64,000 nt of DNA from Patescibacteria group bacterium. GTDB taxonomy: Bacteria; Patescibacteriota; Patescibacteriia; SG8-24. Both the position numbers and the translations under genes were made by a program. The DNA lies in the NCBI GenBank assembly GCA_034716415.1, contig JAYEJB010000043.1, forward strand, positions 705 to 64,704, given 5' to 3'. The stretch's first letter is position 1. Each line of letters starts with the position of its first letter. Below, piece after piece: positions 16,500 to 25,580 of this stretch. A model generated the notes under the pieces. It ran no database searches. It had not been told where the DNA came from and saw nothing but the letters and a program-made list of their open reading frames with translations.

Positions 16500-17046
16500 A
16501 CTTTGGAATCGAAAGGTCGCTTCGACCCGTCTGATGAGGTGAGATGTGTCTGGCCGGATCGAGTCACTAAGTGATTTACGCCAAGGCGTAAATCGAACCT
16601 GTGATTCGTAAGGCCGGATACGCTCGCTCATCAGACAGGTCGAAAACAAAAGCATCGTACCTGTGGGAGACTGGCACGATGCTTGCGTAGTCCCGTTTGA
16701 CGGGACTACTGAACCACGCACTGTGGCACCAACAATATAACATGGTGCCATAATTAAGCCAAGAAATTATGGCAAGAAGAAGAATACGCGCTGCCTGGCG
16801 GCAGTTCGTCGGCGCACTTTCTGATGTGGTAATGGCCCGCTGAATGATGAGGGCCGCCAGGTCACCGCCGATGATAGAGATCTCATCCCGGCAGCAACTT
16901 TATTGTGATCAATGTCCGTGGAACACTATGAGAGAACGCGGCAACGCATTCGTCCCCGCGTTCATGGCGCAGAGTTGCATCGGGATACAAGCTACATAGA
17001 CGGCGATAATAAAAGATTTCCGCGTCTCCCTCGCGGAAATCTTTTT
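16500..17046 (+). ncRNA. candidate structured RNA or long structured 3' UTR (series of >=6 stem-loops ending in a terminator)
   Basis: ~105-nt imperfect palindrome 16533..16637 containing gatttacgccaaggcgtaaatc. Further hairpins are gcatcgt..acgatgc, agtcccgtttgacgggact, tggcacc..ggtgcca and tgccataatt..aattatggca. Terminator at 17015..17046. Strand is uncertain. Confidence 0.25.
17015..17046 (+). terminator. rho-independent terminator (gatttccgcg tctccct cgcggaaatc + TTTTT)
   Basis: Perfect 10-bp stem, U-run after it and an A-run before it. Confidence 0.6.
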
Positions 17047-17050
17047 ATCA

Positions 17051-17290
17051 TTGTCATTGCGAGCGGACGCGTCTGCCTATCGGTAGGAAGCAATTCCGTC
17101 GGTTTAAGCCTGATTCACGGGATTGCTTCGTCGCTTCGCTCCTTCCCGCCACATATCTCTAATTCAGAGAAGGCGGGACCCCGCCATGGGCGGGGCGCAA
17201 TGACAAAAGGGGTGAAGAGGCGGAGAAAGACGACGAAGCAATTCCGTCGGAATCGCTTCGTTCCCAGGCTCGCGAGCCGGAGCCCTCATA
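17051..17290. repeat. MITE-like repeat family 1, compound copy downstream of clpB
   Basis: ttgtcattgcgagcggacg...gaagcaattccgtcgg...cgggattgcttcgtcgcttcgc...cttcccgccacatatctctaattcagagaaggcgggaccccgccatgggcggggcgcaatgacaa plus a second gcaattccgtcggaatcgcttcg unit. Confidence 0.6.
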
Positions 17291-17300
17291 ATGATATTGA

Positions 17301-19919
17301 TTACGAAATCGTCAGCTCGTTTTTCCGTACATCCACGATCACCTTCCCACCATCCGGGAACTTGCCCTCGACTATCATCATGGCGATGGGGTCGAGCACT
17401 TCACGCTGGATGACGCGCTTCAGCGGCCGGGCGCCGAATGCGGGATCAAAACCCTTTTTGGCAAGCAGCTTCTTGGCCGTGTCAGTCACGTCAATCTCGA
17501 TGTGCTGTTCAGCGAGGCGTTTGGCCACACGCGCGAGTTGTAGGTCGGCAATCTGCACTATCTGTTCCTCTGTGAGCGCTCCGAACACGATGACATCATC
17601 GAGCCGGTTCAGGAACTCCGGCTTCATGTGTTCCTTCAGGAGATCCAGGATCTTACCGCTGATACTGTCGCCCTCATCCTCTCCGTCACCGAAACCGATA
17701 GTACTCAGGCGTTTGTCCGATTCCAGGATCATGTCTGAACCGATGTTCGAGGTCATGATGATGACCGTGTTCTTAAAGTTGACCTTGCGGCCCTTACTGT
17801 CAGTGACGTGCCCTTCGTCCAATATCTGCAGGAAGGTGTTCCAGACGTCCGGGTGCGCTTTTTCGATTTCGTCCAACAGGACGACCGAGTACGGACGGCG
17901 CCTGACGAGCTCTGTCAGCTGTCCGCCCTCCTCATGGCCAATATACCCCGGAGGTGAGCCAAGCATGCGCGATACAGTATGTTTTTCACCATATTCAGAC
18001 ATGTCGAGCCGCACCAGCGCGGTCTCGTCGTCGAACATGAATTCTGCGAGAGCTCGAGCCAGCTCGGTTTTACCGACACCGGTCGGACCGAGGAACAGGA
18101 ACGAACCGATCGGGCGATTTTCCTCAGATACACCGGCTCGTGAACGTCGAATCGCGTTTGAGACGGCCTTAATGGCTTCATTCTGGCCGACAACACGTCT
18201 CTTGAGCTCATCTTCCAGTCTTGCCACTCTTGCGGCCTCCTCCTGGAGCATCTTGCTGACCGGGATACCGGTCCAGCGGGCGATGACGCCGGCGACATCC
18301 TCTTCCGTAACCTCCTCCTTAAGGAAGCGGCTGTCTTTCTGGAGAGAACGTAGGCGGTCCTCGGAATTCCGCAACGCCTCCTCGAGCTCTGGAATGAGCC
18401 GATGGCGGATTTCGGCGGCCCGATCGACATTGCCGTCCCTGACCGCGATCTCCTCTTCCTGCTTGAGTTCGTCCATCTCTTTCTTTTTCGCGCGGATCTC
18501 CACGATGACTTCCTTCTCGTTCTTCCATTTCAGGTCAAGTGAATCGCGTTTTTCTTTCAGTTCGGCCAGCTCCTTTTCGATATCACCGCGTCGAGCGACC
18601 GAATCCCTATCTTGTTCCTTTTCGAGCGCCTTCTTTTCTATTTCAAGGCGTAACACATCGCGTTTCAGCCGATCGAGTTCTTGTGGCTCGCTGTCGATCT
18701 CCATGCGGAGTGCGGAGCCGGCCTCATCAATGGTATCCACCGCCTTATCCGGCAGGAAACGATCCTGGATGTATCGCGAAGAGAGGTTTGTCGCGGCGAC
18801 AATCGCCGGGTCAGTGATGCGGACCCCGTGATGCAATTCATAGCGGTTCTTGATGCCGCGCAGGATCGATATCGCATCATCGACCGAGGGCTCAACGACC
18901 AAGACCGGCTGGAACCGGCGCTCGAAGGCCGCGTCTTTTTCGATGTGCTTTTGGTATTCCTTGATGGTCGTCGCGCCGACAGCACGAAGTTCACCGCGCG
19001 CCAACGCAGGCTTCAACATGTTCGATGCGTCTAACGGGGAACCGTCCGCTGTTCCTGCCCCGACAAGTGTGTGCAGTTCATCGATGAATAGAATGATCTT
19101 ACCGTCGGACGACTCGACTTCCTTGATTACAGCCTTAAAACGATCCTCGAATTCACCGCGGAACTTACTGCCGGCGACAAGCGAGCCGAGATCAAGCGAC
19201 ACGATTTCCTTGTCCTTCAGCAATTCCGGCACGTCGCCTTGCACGATACGTTGCGCCAGACCCTCGACGATGGCGGTCTTTCCCGTTCCCGCCTCGCCGA
19301 TCAGCACCGGATTGTTCTTGGTACGACGCATCAGCACTTGCATGACACGGCGGATCTCGTCATCGCGACCGATAATCGGATCGAGCTTCTCCTGGCGCGC
19401 CAATTCGGTCAGGTTCCTGGAATATTTATCAAGAGCTTGGTACTTCTGCTCCGGTTCGGGCGAATCGACTTTCTGCGAACCGCGGATATCCACCAACACT
19501 TTCATGACCTTGTCATGTTCGACGCCGTACTTATGTAACAGCGCCTGCGCCTCCGAGCTTACCGCCAGAATACCCAGCAGAAGGTGCTCGGTAGAGATGT
19601 AGTCATCACCGAATTCTTTGGTCTCGTTGTCGGCCTGACGCAAAGCCTTCAGCGTCGCTGGATTCAGCGCCAACTGGGCGGTCTCCCGTTCCATCTGCGA
19701 TTTCGGTAACGCGGCCACGGCTTTTTGCACTTCCACCAGCAGGGAGGGGGAATCGACCTCCAGTTTGTCGCAGACCGATCTTACGACACCACCCTCTTGA
19801 TCCAGGAGAGCCTCTAAAATATGCAAAGGATTCAGCTCCGGATTGCCGTTCTCGAACGCCGATATCTGCGCTGATTCGAGCGCTTCCCGGGATTTGGTGG
19901 TGAAATTTTTTGGGATCAT
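17301..19919 (-). CDS. clpB: ATP-dependent chaperone ClpB
   Basis: Two AAA+ modules (GEAGTGKT and GPTGVGKT Walker A) with a long coiled-coil middle domain between them. The plus-strand ORF 16912..18831 is antisense noise. The ATG at 19919 is preferred over the GTG at 19973, which lies inside the CIRCE. Confidence 0.9.
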   Translation of the reverse strand: MIPKNFTTKSREALESAQISAFENGNPELNPLHILEALLDQEGGVVRSVCDKLEVDSPSLLVEVQKAVAALPKSQMERETAQLALNPATLKALRQADNETKEFGDDYISTEHLLLGILAVSSEAQALLHKYGVEHDKVMKVLVDIRGSQKVDSPEPEQKYQALDKYSRNLTELARQEKLDPIIGRDDEIRRVMQVLMRRTKNNPVLIGEAGTGKTAIVEGLAQRIVQGDVPELLKDKEIVSLDLGSLVAGSKFRGEFEDRFKAVIKEVESSDGKIILFIDELHTLVGAGTADGSPLDASNMLKPALARGELRAVGATTIKEYQKHIEKDAAFERRFQPVLVVEPSVDDAISILRGIKNRYELHHGVRITDPAIVAATNLSSRYIQDRFLPDKAVDTIDEAGSALRMEIDSEPQELDRLKRDVLRLEIEKKALEKEQDRDSVARRGDIEKELAELKEKRDSLDLKWKNEKEVIVEIRAKKKEMDELKQEEEIAVRDGNVDRAAEIRHRLIPELEEALRNSEDRLRSLQKDSRFLKEEVTEEDVAGVIARWTGIPVSKMLQEEAARVARLEDELKRRVVGQNEAIKAVSNAIRRSRAGVSEENRPIGSFLFLGPTGVGKTELARALAEFMFDDETALVRLDMSEYGEKHTVSRMLGSPPGYIGHEEGGQLTELVRRRPYSVVLLDEIEKAHPDVWNTFLQILDEGHVTDSKGRKVNFKNTVIIMTSNIGSDMILESDKRLSTIGFGDGEDEGDSISGKILDLLKEHMKPEFLNRLDDVIVFGALTEEQIVQIADLQLARVAKRLAEQHIEIDVTDTAKKLLAKKGFDPAFGARPLKRVIQREVLDPIAMMIVEGKFPDGGKVIVDVRKNELTIS

Positions 19920-19966
19920 AATTTTGGGATTTGAGGGTCTGAAAATCGGAGTGTTCAAGGTTATAC

Positions 19967-19993
19967 TTAGCACTCTCGATAGACGAGTGCTAA
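19967..19993. promoter_or_regulatory. CIRCE element (HrcA operator) TTAGCACTC-N9-GAGTGCTAA upstream of clpB
   Basis: Perfect match to the CIRCE consensus with 9-nt spacer tcgatagac, ~50 nt upstream of the clpB ATG. Confidence 0.65.
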
Positions 19994-19997
19994 TAAT

Positions 19998-20025
19998 ATT
20001 GTACTCACTCTAATTACTGTGTCAA
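19998..20025 (-). promoter_or_regulatory. sigma70-like promoter (TTGACA-N16-TACAAT on the minus strand) abutting the CIRCE
   Basis: Minus-strand reading ttgaca cagtaattagagtgag tacaat ttattagcactc. Confidence 0.45.
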
Positions 20026-20093
20026 TGGGGCCTGGCCCCGTTTTAGGCTGAGGGGGGGACACTTCTCAAGTATGAAAAAACGGGATTATCTCT

Positions 20094-20118
20094 AAAAAAG
20101 AGACCGCCGAAGCGGTCG
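20094..20118 (-). terminator. rho-independent terminator downstream of the TrpF-like gene (gaccgc cgaa gcggtc + U-run on the minus strand)
   Basis: 6-bp GC stem. The A-run 20094-20099 provides the U-run on the minus strand. Confidence 0.45.
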
Positions 20119-20129
20119 AAGTGGGGAAG

Positions 20130-20921
20130 TCAGCGCAGGCTGTTCTGATTGAACAGCCCGAACCCACGCGAGAGATAGATGATCGTCTGAAATTCGTCCA
20201 GCTCATCATTTTTATCGCGCAAGCCGCCCTCAGCGTCGATGCTGATTCTGTGCCGGAGCTTGGAAAAGGATCCCAGGCGAACGCACATATCACTAGGGCG
20301 AATACCACCCGCCAGACCGACATGCGTCCACGGACAGGCCTCCCTGATCGCCGCAATGCACTCGTGCGCGAATACCGAATCGAAGCCTTTGCCGAGACCT
20401 CCGCTCGAATCGATCAGCGTGTCCGTGGCGATTTCCGGGTCGTATGAATCGCGCAATCGTTCAGCGATCACTTTCGGATCACCGTCCGCAGCGGCGATGA
20501 CATGCCGGTTGAGCTGGATGACGTAGTGGAAACGTTTACCGCACATCGCGCGCGCCCGTTCCAACTCTTCATTCAGCGGCCAGGTCATGTTGAGCTGGAA
20601 ACCGTGCAGGAGAGGAGTGCAGAGGTCGTGCACCGTCGCCAGTTCATCCGCCAGCCCTTCGCGCGTCTTGCTGTTGAAATGCGCCAGGTTGACCACCCGC
20701 GCGTCGTCCACGAATACGTCGTTCAGACGCTCGAGCGGGGGGTAGCGCTTTGGAAATTTGGCCGGCAGACCCTTCAACGTCTTATGGCTCACCAGCAAGC
20801 CCGCCATAAGCAGATATCCGGTCGGATCTTCCACGAAACGGAGGAGTCGACCGATTTGCTCGTGCGACGTAAAGCCGGTTACGCCGATGTAAGGACCTGC
20901 ATGCAGTCTACTTTCATCCAT
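20130..20921 (-). CDS. phosphoribosylanthranilate isomerase (TrpF)-like TIM-barrel protein
   Basis: The C-terminal third aligns by eye with TrpF: LIDSSGGLGKGFD ~ VLDNGQGGSGQRFDW; HVGLAGGIRPSD ~ VLLAGGLGADN; IDAEGGLRDKND ~ NSAVESQPGIKD. No other trp genes are in the window. Confidence 0.4.
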   Translation of the reverse strand: MDESRLHAGPYIGVTGFTSHEQIGRLLRFVEDPTGYLLMAGLLVSHKTLKGLPAKFPKRYPPLERLNDVFVDDARVVNLAHFNSKTREGLADELATVHDLCTPLLHGFQLNMTWPLNEELERARAMCGKRFHYVIQLNRHVIAAADGDPKVIAERLRDSYDPEIATDTLIDSSGGLGKGFDSVFAHECIAAIREACPWTHVGLAGGIRPSDMCVRLGSFSKLRHRISIDAEGGLRDKNDELDEFQTIIYLSRGFGLFNQNSLR

Positions 20922-21002
20922 TATTTATCCTTTCAGTGATGGCAGGAGTATGCTCGATGAGCAGTATAAGTCAATCCCGTTTCATGCTAAAATAAGAATG
21001 AT

Positions 21003-21794
21003 ATGTATGGATTCAAGCGGATAAAGATATTGGGAATACCGGTCGATGCGGTGACCCAAGATAAGGCGGTCGAAGTAGTTGCTGACTTTTTGCACGATAA
21101 AGCCGGGCAGAAGGTCTTCACACCTAACCCGGAGATGCTAGTCATGGCGCGGGACAGACCATTATTCAGGGAAGCCTTACAGTCATCAGACCTGTCCATC
21201 CCGGATGGAGCCGGGCTCCTTTGGGCCGCGCGCCTGCTCGGGAAGGATTTGCCGACGCGCGTCACCGGCACGGACATGGTTTCGCGTGTCTGTGGCCTGG
21301 CCGCGGAGGACGGATACGGCATTTTTATGTTGGGTGGGCGACCGGGCGTCGCCGAAAAGGCGGCAGACAGACTAAGAGCCGAGTTTCCGGGATTGCGCAT
21401 CGTCGGCGCGATGAGCGGTGGCCAGGTGAAGTATGACGAAGAGGGAGCACCGATCATGGATTACGGTACCGAACGCGCACTGAATCTCGCTGTGCCGGAT
21501 ATCCTGTTCGTGGCTTTCGGACATGGCAAGCAGGAGGAGTGGATCCACACGCATCTTCAAAAGTTTCCCTCGGTTCGGGTGGCACTCGGCGTCGGGGGTG
21601 CGTTCGATTTCATCTCCGGCGAGTCTAAGCGGGCGCCGGATTTTATGCAGCGGATCGACCTGGAATGGCTCTGGCGGCTCGTCTTGCAGCCTTGGCGTAT
21701 TGGGCGTATTCTGACAGCCACGGTCGTTTTTCCGCTTTTGGTGTTAGGAGAACGGCTGGGAATCGTAAAAACCGAGCTAAAAAGCCTATCGTGA
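21003..21794 (+). CDS. WecB/TagA/CpsF family glycosyltransferase (GT26)
   Basis: ILGIPVD...KVFTPNPEMLVMA...IPDGAGLLWAARLLG...FMLGGRPGVAEKAA...LGVGGAFDFISGESKRAP. Confidence 0.75.
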   Translation: MYGFKRIKILGIPVDAVTQDKAVEVVADFLHDKAGQKVFTPNPEMLVMARDRPLFREALQSSDLSIPDGAGLLWAARLLGKDLPTRVTGTDMVSRVCGLAAEDGYGIFMLGGRPGVAEKAADRLRAEFPGLRIVGAMSGGQVKYDEEGAPIMDYGTERALNLAVPDILFVAFGHGKQEEWIHTHLQKFPSVRVALGVGGAFDFISGESKRAPDFMQRIDLEWLWRLVLQPWRIGRILTATVVFPLLVLGERLGIVKTELKSLS

Positions 21795-21838
21795 TGATGC
21801 TTTTAAGCTGTTGAGCTTTTAAACTTTTAAACTCTGAT

Positions 21839-23353
21839 ATGGTACGCATCAGGTTTGCGCCGTCACCGACGGGATTTCTGCACGTGGGAGGCTTACGCAC
21901 CGCGCTTTATAGCGAGCTGTTCGCCAGGAAGCATGGTGGCGTCTTGATATTGCGGATAGAAGATACGGATCAGGCACGGACCGTTGAAGGAGGCATCGAA
22001 AATATCATTAAAACGCTCGAGTGGGCGGGGATTCAGGTGGATGAAGGGCCGTACATCGATAAGGATGGCAGGCTCGCGCAAAAGGGTGACTTCGGGCCGT
22101 ATATCCAATCGGAGCGCACGGATATATATAAGGAGCAGGTCGAGAAGCTTTTGGAGGGCGGGCACGCTTACCGATGTTTCTGCTGTACGGACACCCTGGC
22201 GAAGATGCGTGAAGAACAGCAGAACGAGGGTGGGCGCACGATGTACGACGGGCGCTGTAAGAATCTGACCGAGAATGAAGTCGCCAAGGAACTGGAGAAG
22301 GGGACTGAATACGTGGTGCGTCTCAAGGTGCCGGACACGGGCGTGACCGCGTTCGACGACGAGATCCGGGGACGGATCGAATTCAGCAACAGTCAGATCG
22401 ATGATCAGGTATTGATGAAGTCCGACGGATTTCCGACCTATCATCTGGCGAACGTCGTCGATGACCACCTGATGGGCGTGACGCATGTGGTGCGCGGCGA
22501 GGAATGGTGTCCCTCGACCCCCAAGCATGTCCTGCTTTATGAAGCGTTCGGCTGGGACAAGCCCGTATTCGCGCATGTACCGCTGTTGTTGAACACGGAC
22601 AAGTCGAAGCTCTCCAAGCGGCAGGGGGACGTCGCGGTCGAGGATTATCGGGATAAAGGTTATCTGCGGGACGCGCTCATAAATTTCGTGGCGTTGCTGG
22701 GCTGGAACCCGACTGCGGACCGGGAGATATACTCGAAGGAAGAGATGATCAAGGCGTTCGATCTGCGCAAGATCAACAAGGGCGGTGCCGTCTTCAACGT
22801 CGAAAAGTTGGATTGGATGAACGGAGAGTATCTGAAGAAGCTCACTGACGGCGATTTGGCGGAAGCCGCGCTGCCTTTCTATGTCGATGCCGGTGTTTTC
22901 GTCGTGCAGGCCGGGAAGTTGATATCCGAAAACATGGGTGAGCCGCTGGAACTGGGCTATCTCGAACAAGTGGTGCCGCTGGAAAAAGAGCGCGTCAAAA
23001 AGCTGAGCGACCTGCCGCAGGCGACGGACTTTTTCTTCCGCGATCTGCTTGAATACGAGGTAGACATGCTACCATGGAAGAAATCGACCGCTGACGTCGC
23101 TCGGGTGAGATTGCGGACCCTAGTTGACCTATTGAAGGAAATGCCGGACAAAAATTTCAAGAACGCGGAAAAGTTGGGCGACGAGGTGCTGAAATACATC
23201 GCCGACAGGGGATACACCAACGCGGAGACACTGTGGCCCATGAGGGTGGCGTTGACCGCCAGCAAGGCCTCACCGAGTCCGTTCGAGGTTGCGGCGGTCC
23301 TGGGTAAGGAGAGGACCATCGCGCGCATGAAGCACGCATTATCGATGTTGTAA
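21839..23353 (+). CDS. gltX: glutamyl-tRNA synthetase
   Basis: RFAPSPTGFLHVGGLRTAL (HIGH-like) and KLSKRQG (KMSKS-like). Confidence 0.9.
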   Translation: MVRIRFAPSPTGFLHVGGLRTALYSELFARKHGGVLILRIEDTDQARTVEGGIENIIKTLEWAGIQVDEGPYIDKDGRLAQKGDFGPYIQSERTDIYKEQVEKLLEGGHAYRCFCCTDTLAKMREEQQNEGGRTMYDGRCKNLTENEVAKELEKGTEYVVRLKVPDTGVTAFDDEIRGRIEFSNSQIDDQVLMKSDGFPTYHLANVVDDHLMGVTHVVRGEEWCPSTPKHVLLYEAFGWDKPVFAHVPLLLNTDKSKLSKRQGDVAVEDYRDKGYLRDALINFVALLGWNPTADREIYSKEEMIKAFDLRKINKGGAVFNVEKLDWMNGEYLKKLTDGDLAEAALPFYVDAGVFVVQAGKLISENMGEPLELGYLEQVVPLEKERVKKLSDLPQATDFFFRDLLEYEVDMLPWKKSTADVARVRLRTLVDLLKEMPDKNFKNAEKLGDEVLKYIADRGYTNAETLWPMRVALTASKASPSPFEVAAVLGKERTIARMKHALSML

Positions 23354-24699
23354 TGCCGTATCAGAAAGCACAAATGATGTCAGGGAAGGCGATTTTGATG
23401 TTCCTGATCGTCGTTTTTTCGTTCATCGGTTTTGCGCCGTCGCCGGTCTCGAATATTGCGTTTGCTGAAGGGGAAGAGGATTCCGAGGAGGTCAATAAAA
23501 GCGGTGAGCCTGAAGAAACCACTGTAGCGCCGCCGCCCGAGGAGAATGACGATAGCGATAACCTACGAAAGGAGATAAACCGGCTGAATGATGATGTAGA
23601 AAAGAAGAAGAAGGAGGCCTCGCAGATTAATGGCAAGATAAACCAGTATAAGAGCCTGGTGGCGAACAAGAAGATCGAATCCGCGTCGTTGGAGGATCAG
23701 ATGGCGCTCCTGGACAACCAGATCGCCAAGACCGAAGTGGGGATCGAGATTTCAGAGAAAGAGATTCGGTCGCTTGAACTGCAGATGAAGAAGGCTGATG
23801 AGCAGCTCGCGGAGATGGAAGAGAAGATGGATTCGGAAAGAGGCCTCTTGGGATCGATGGCCAGGGAGCTGTACCGACGGCAGACCGGCAAGAGTATATT
23901 AGAGATCCTGTTGTCGCACAGTACGTTCTCGGATTTTTTCAGGGAGTTATACGCGATTGCGTCTCTGCAGCGTAGGGTCAACGATACCCTGGGTCGCATT
24001 CACGTTTTGCACGCGGAACTGGAGGATGAACAGCATGCGCGCGAGGAAAGGAAGGCGGATGTCAGCAAGAAGATGCTGAGCCTTGAAGTGGAGCGTCGGA
24101 AGCTCGACGACGAGATGGGGCTGAAAAATAATATCCTCGTAGAGACGCGGTCGTCAGAGCTCGAGTATCGATACTTGTTGGCGGAGCTGAAACGCGAGCA
24201 GAATGAGGCGAGCAACGAGATAACGTATCTCGAACGCGTGCTGCGCGAGAAGATTATCCTGTCCGACCGGGTCAAGGACACCAACACCGTGCTGTCATGG
24301 CCGATCGAGCCGAGCCGGGGCATTACCGCGATCTTTCATGATCCGGATTATCCGTTTCGCCACATATTCGAACATCCGGGTATAGATATCCGTGCTTATC
24401 AGGGAACGCCAGTCAGGGCGGCGGCCGGCGGTATCGTGGCAAGAGCCAAGAACGCCGGGCTCGGCTACAGCTACATCATGGTCATACACAATAACGATAT
24501 CTCGACCGTGTATGGACACATTTCAAGGATTGTCGTGAGAGAAGATACGTTCGTTGAGCGGGGTGAGATCATCGGGTACTCGGGCGGAGCACCGGGGACA
24601 CCGGGTGCCGGACGACTGACGACCGGACCCCATCTGCACTTCGAGACGCGACATCGCGGCATACCGGTCAATCCGATGAATTACCTGTTGGGGTTCTAG
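23353..24699 (+). CDS. M23 family metallopeptidase with an N-terminal coiled-coil region (EnvC/murein hydrolase activator-like)
   Basis: C-terminal GIDIRAYQGTPVRAAAGG...HLHFETRHRGIPVNP. The N-terminal ~280 aa is Q/E/K/L-rich coiled coil behind a signal peptide. Confidence 0.75.
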   Translation: MPYQKAQMMSGKAILMFLIVVFSFIGFAPSPVSNIAFAEGEEDSEEVNKSGEPEETTVAPPPEENDDSDNLRKEINRLNDDVEKKKKEASQINGKINQYKSLVANKKIESASLEDQMALLDNQIAKTEVGIEISEKEIRSLELQMKKADEQLAEMEEKMDSERGLLGSMARELYRRQTGKSILEILLSHSTFSDFFRELYAIASLQRRVNDTLGRIHVLHAELEDEQHAREERKADVSKKMLSLEVERRKLDDEMGLKNNILVETRSSELEYRYLLAELKREQNEASNEITYLERVLREKIILSDRVKDTNTVLSWPIEPSRGITAIFHDPDYPFRHIFEHPGIDIRAYQGTPVRAAAGGIVARAKNAGLGYSYIMVIHNNDISTVYGHISRIVVREDTFVERGEIIGYSGGAPGTPGAGRLTTGPHLHFETRHRGIPVNPMNYLLGF

Positions 24700-24710
24700 G
24701 AGAATAAAAA

Positions 24711-24735
24711 CCCTCAGCGAGTCGCTGGGGTTTTT
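24711..24735 (+). terminator. rho-independent terminator after the M23 gene (ccctcagcga g tcgctgggg + TTTTT)
   Basis: Hairpin followed by a U-run, 12 nt after the stop. Confidence 0.5.
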
Positions 24736-24738
24736 GTA

Positions 24739-25320
24739 TCAGTACATCCTTTTGATGAGAGTGACCGACTCTTCGTCCATCACGGTCGGTTCTCCAAGAA
24801 TGGAATACAACTCTTTCATCGAGAGTGTCCGGTGCTTGCGCAACAGTGTGATAAGAACGATGAACGCCGTTCGGTGAGCCCGGATGATTTCATTGGCGCG
24901 CCAGTAGCCGATTCTCATCAGCCTGATCACTTGCGGTGTCTGACGCCTCTTGAGCATCCTCTGGAAGGGGGGTGCCGAGGTACCCTCCTTGAAGTCCCAA
25001 ATCATGGCTGTTTCCGGGTCTGCGCTGTTCAGGGTCAGCCATTCAGCTATCCGGAATGCTTCGCTAAGGTCAGGCTCGTTGCCTTCGAGACGAACGGTAT
25101 CGAATCTCGACAGGGCGCCCGCCAGTCCGGCTAAGGTGACTGACAGGTGATCCCACTCGAAAGGCGGGGAATTGAAATGAAAATTGGCCGACATGACACC
25201 GCTGTCCCGATATGTGCATACGACCCTGTTGACGCGCGTGAAGAACGGAGAATACCAGGCTACCAGGACATGTGCGGCCTCGTGGGCGAGGATCTCCTCG
25301 GAATGACACTTGTTCGACAT
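24739..25320 (-). CDS. stand-alone FtsH-like (M41) zinc-protease domain protein with no AAA+ module or TM segment
   Basis: HEAAHVLVAW ~ HEAGHALVG. The downstream part, ...TLAGLAGALSRFDTVRLEGNEPDLSEAFRIAEWL and the C-terminal helices, aligns by eye with the FtsH protease domain. Confidence 0.4.
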   Translation of the reverse strand: MSNKCHSEEILAHEAAHVLVAWYSPFFTRVNRVVCTYRDSGVMSANFHFNSPPFEWDHLSVTLAGLAGALSRFDTVRLEGNEPDLSEAFRIAEWLTLNSADPETAMIWDFKEGTSAPPFQRMLKRRQTPQVIRLMRIGYWRANEIIRAHRTAFIVLITLLRKHRTLSMKELYSILGEPTVMDEESVTLIKRMY

Positions 25321-25412
25321 GATAAAAATCCTTTCGGAAAAGAGCTTACGAGTTTACCGTATCGCATATGATTGGTCAAGTATCAAAAAAGAGGTAGTCG
25401 CATAACTCCTTT

Positions 25413-25527
25413 TTGTCATTGCGAGGGAGATTCGCAGGCGACCGTGGCAATCCCGTCGGGAATGGATAGGATCGCTTCGTCGGCTGCGCCTGTCTGCCCG
25501 GCGGGCAAGGCCTCCTCACAATGACAA
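25413..25527. repeat. MITE-like repeat family 1 copy
   Basis: ttgtcattgcgagggagattcgcaggcgaccgtggcaatcccgtcgggaatgg...cctcctcacaatgacaa. Confidence 0.6.
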
Positions 25528-25580
25528 AAAAGTTTCAAAGACACCGGCGTTTGCCGGTGTCTTGGATATGCATCAGGTCA

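Noticed and set aside
16533-16660. Hammerhead ribozyme (CUGAUGAG ... CGAAAC present)
   Set aside because: The CUGAUGAG segment base-pairs with a downstream CTCATCAGAC as part of a long palindrome rather than forming the unpaired catalytic core. The helix II/III arrangement does not fit.
16500-17046. RNase P RNA, tmRNA, SRP RNA or 6S RNA in the hairpin-dense tract
   Set aside because: None of the P4 (AGGAAAGUCCGGGC / ACAGAACCCGGCUUA), tmRNA tag/TLD or SRP domain IV (GGAAGCAGCCA) signature sequences were found on either strand.
16912-18831. 639-aa plus-strand ORF
   Set aside because: It lies entirely antisense to clpB and is Ser/Arg-rich, low-complexity translation of the GC-rich complementary strand. 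It is classic antisense noise. The same applies to 21893..22969 (antisense to gltX), 36218..36772 and 35843..36139 (antisense to dgt), 34349..35041, 40600..41226 and 40655..41269 (alternative frames of the lipoprotein gene), and 57077..58102 (antisense to the helicase).
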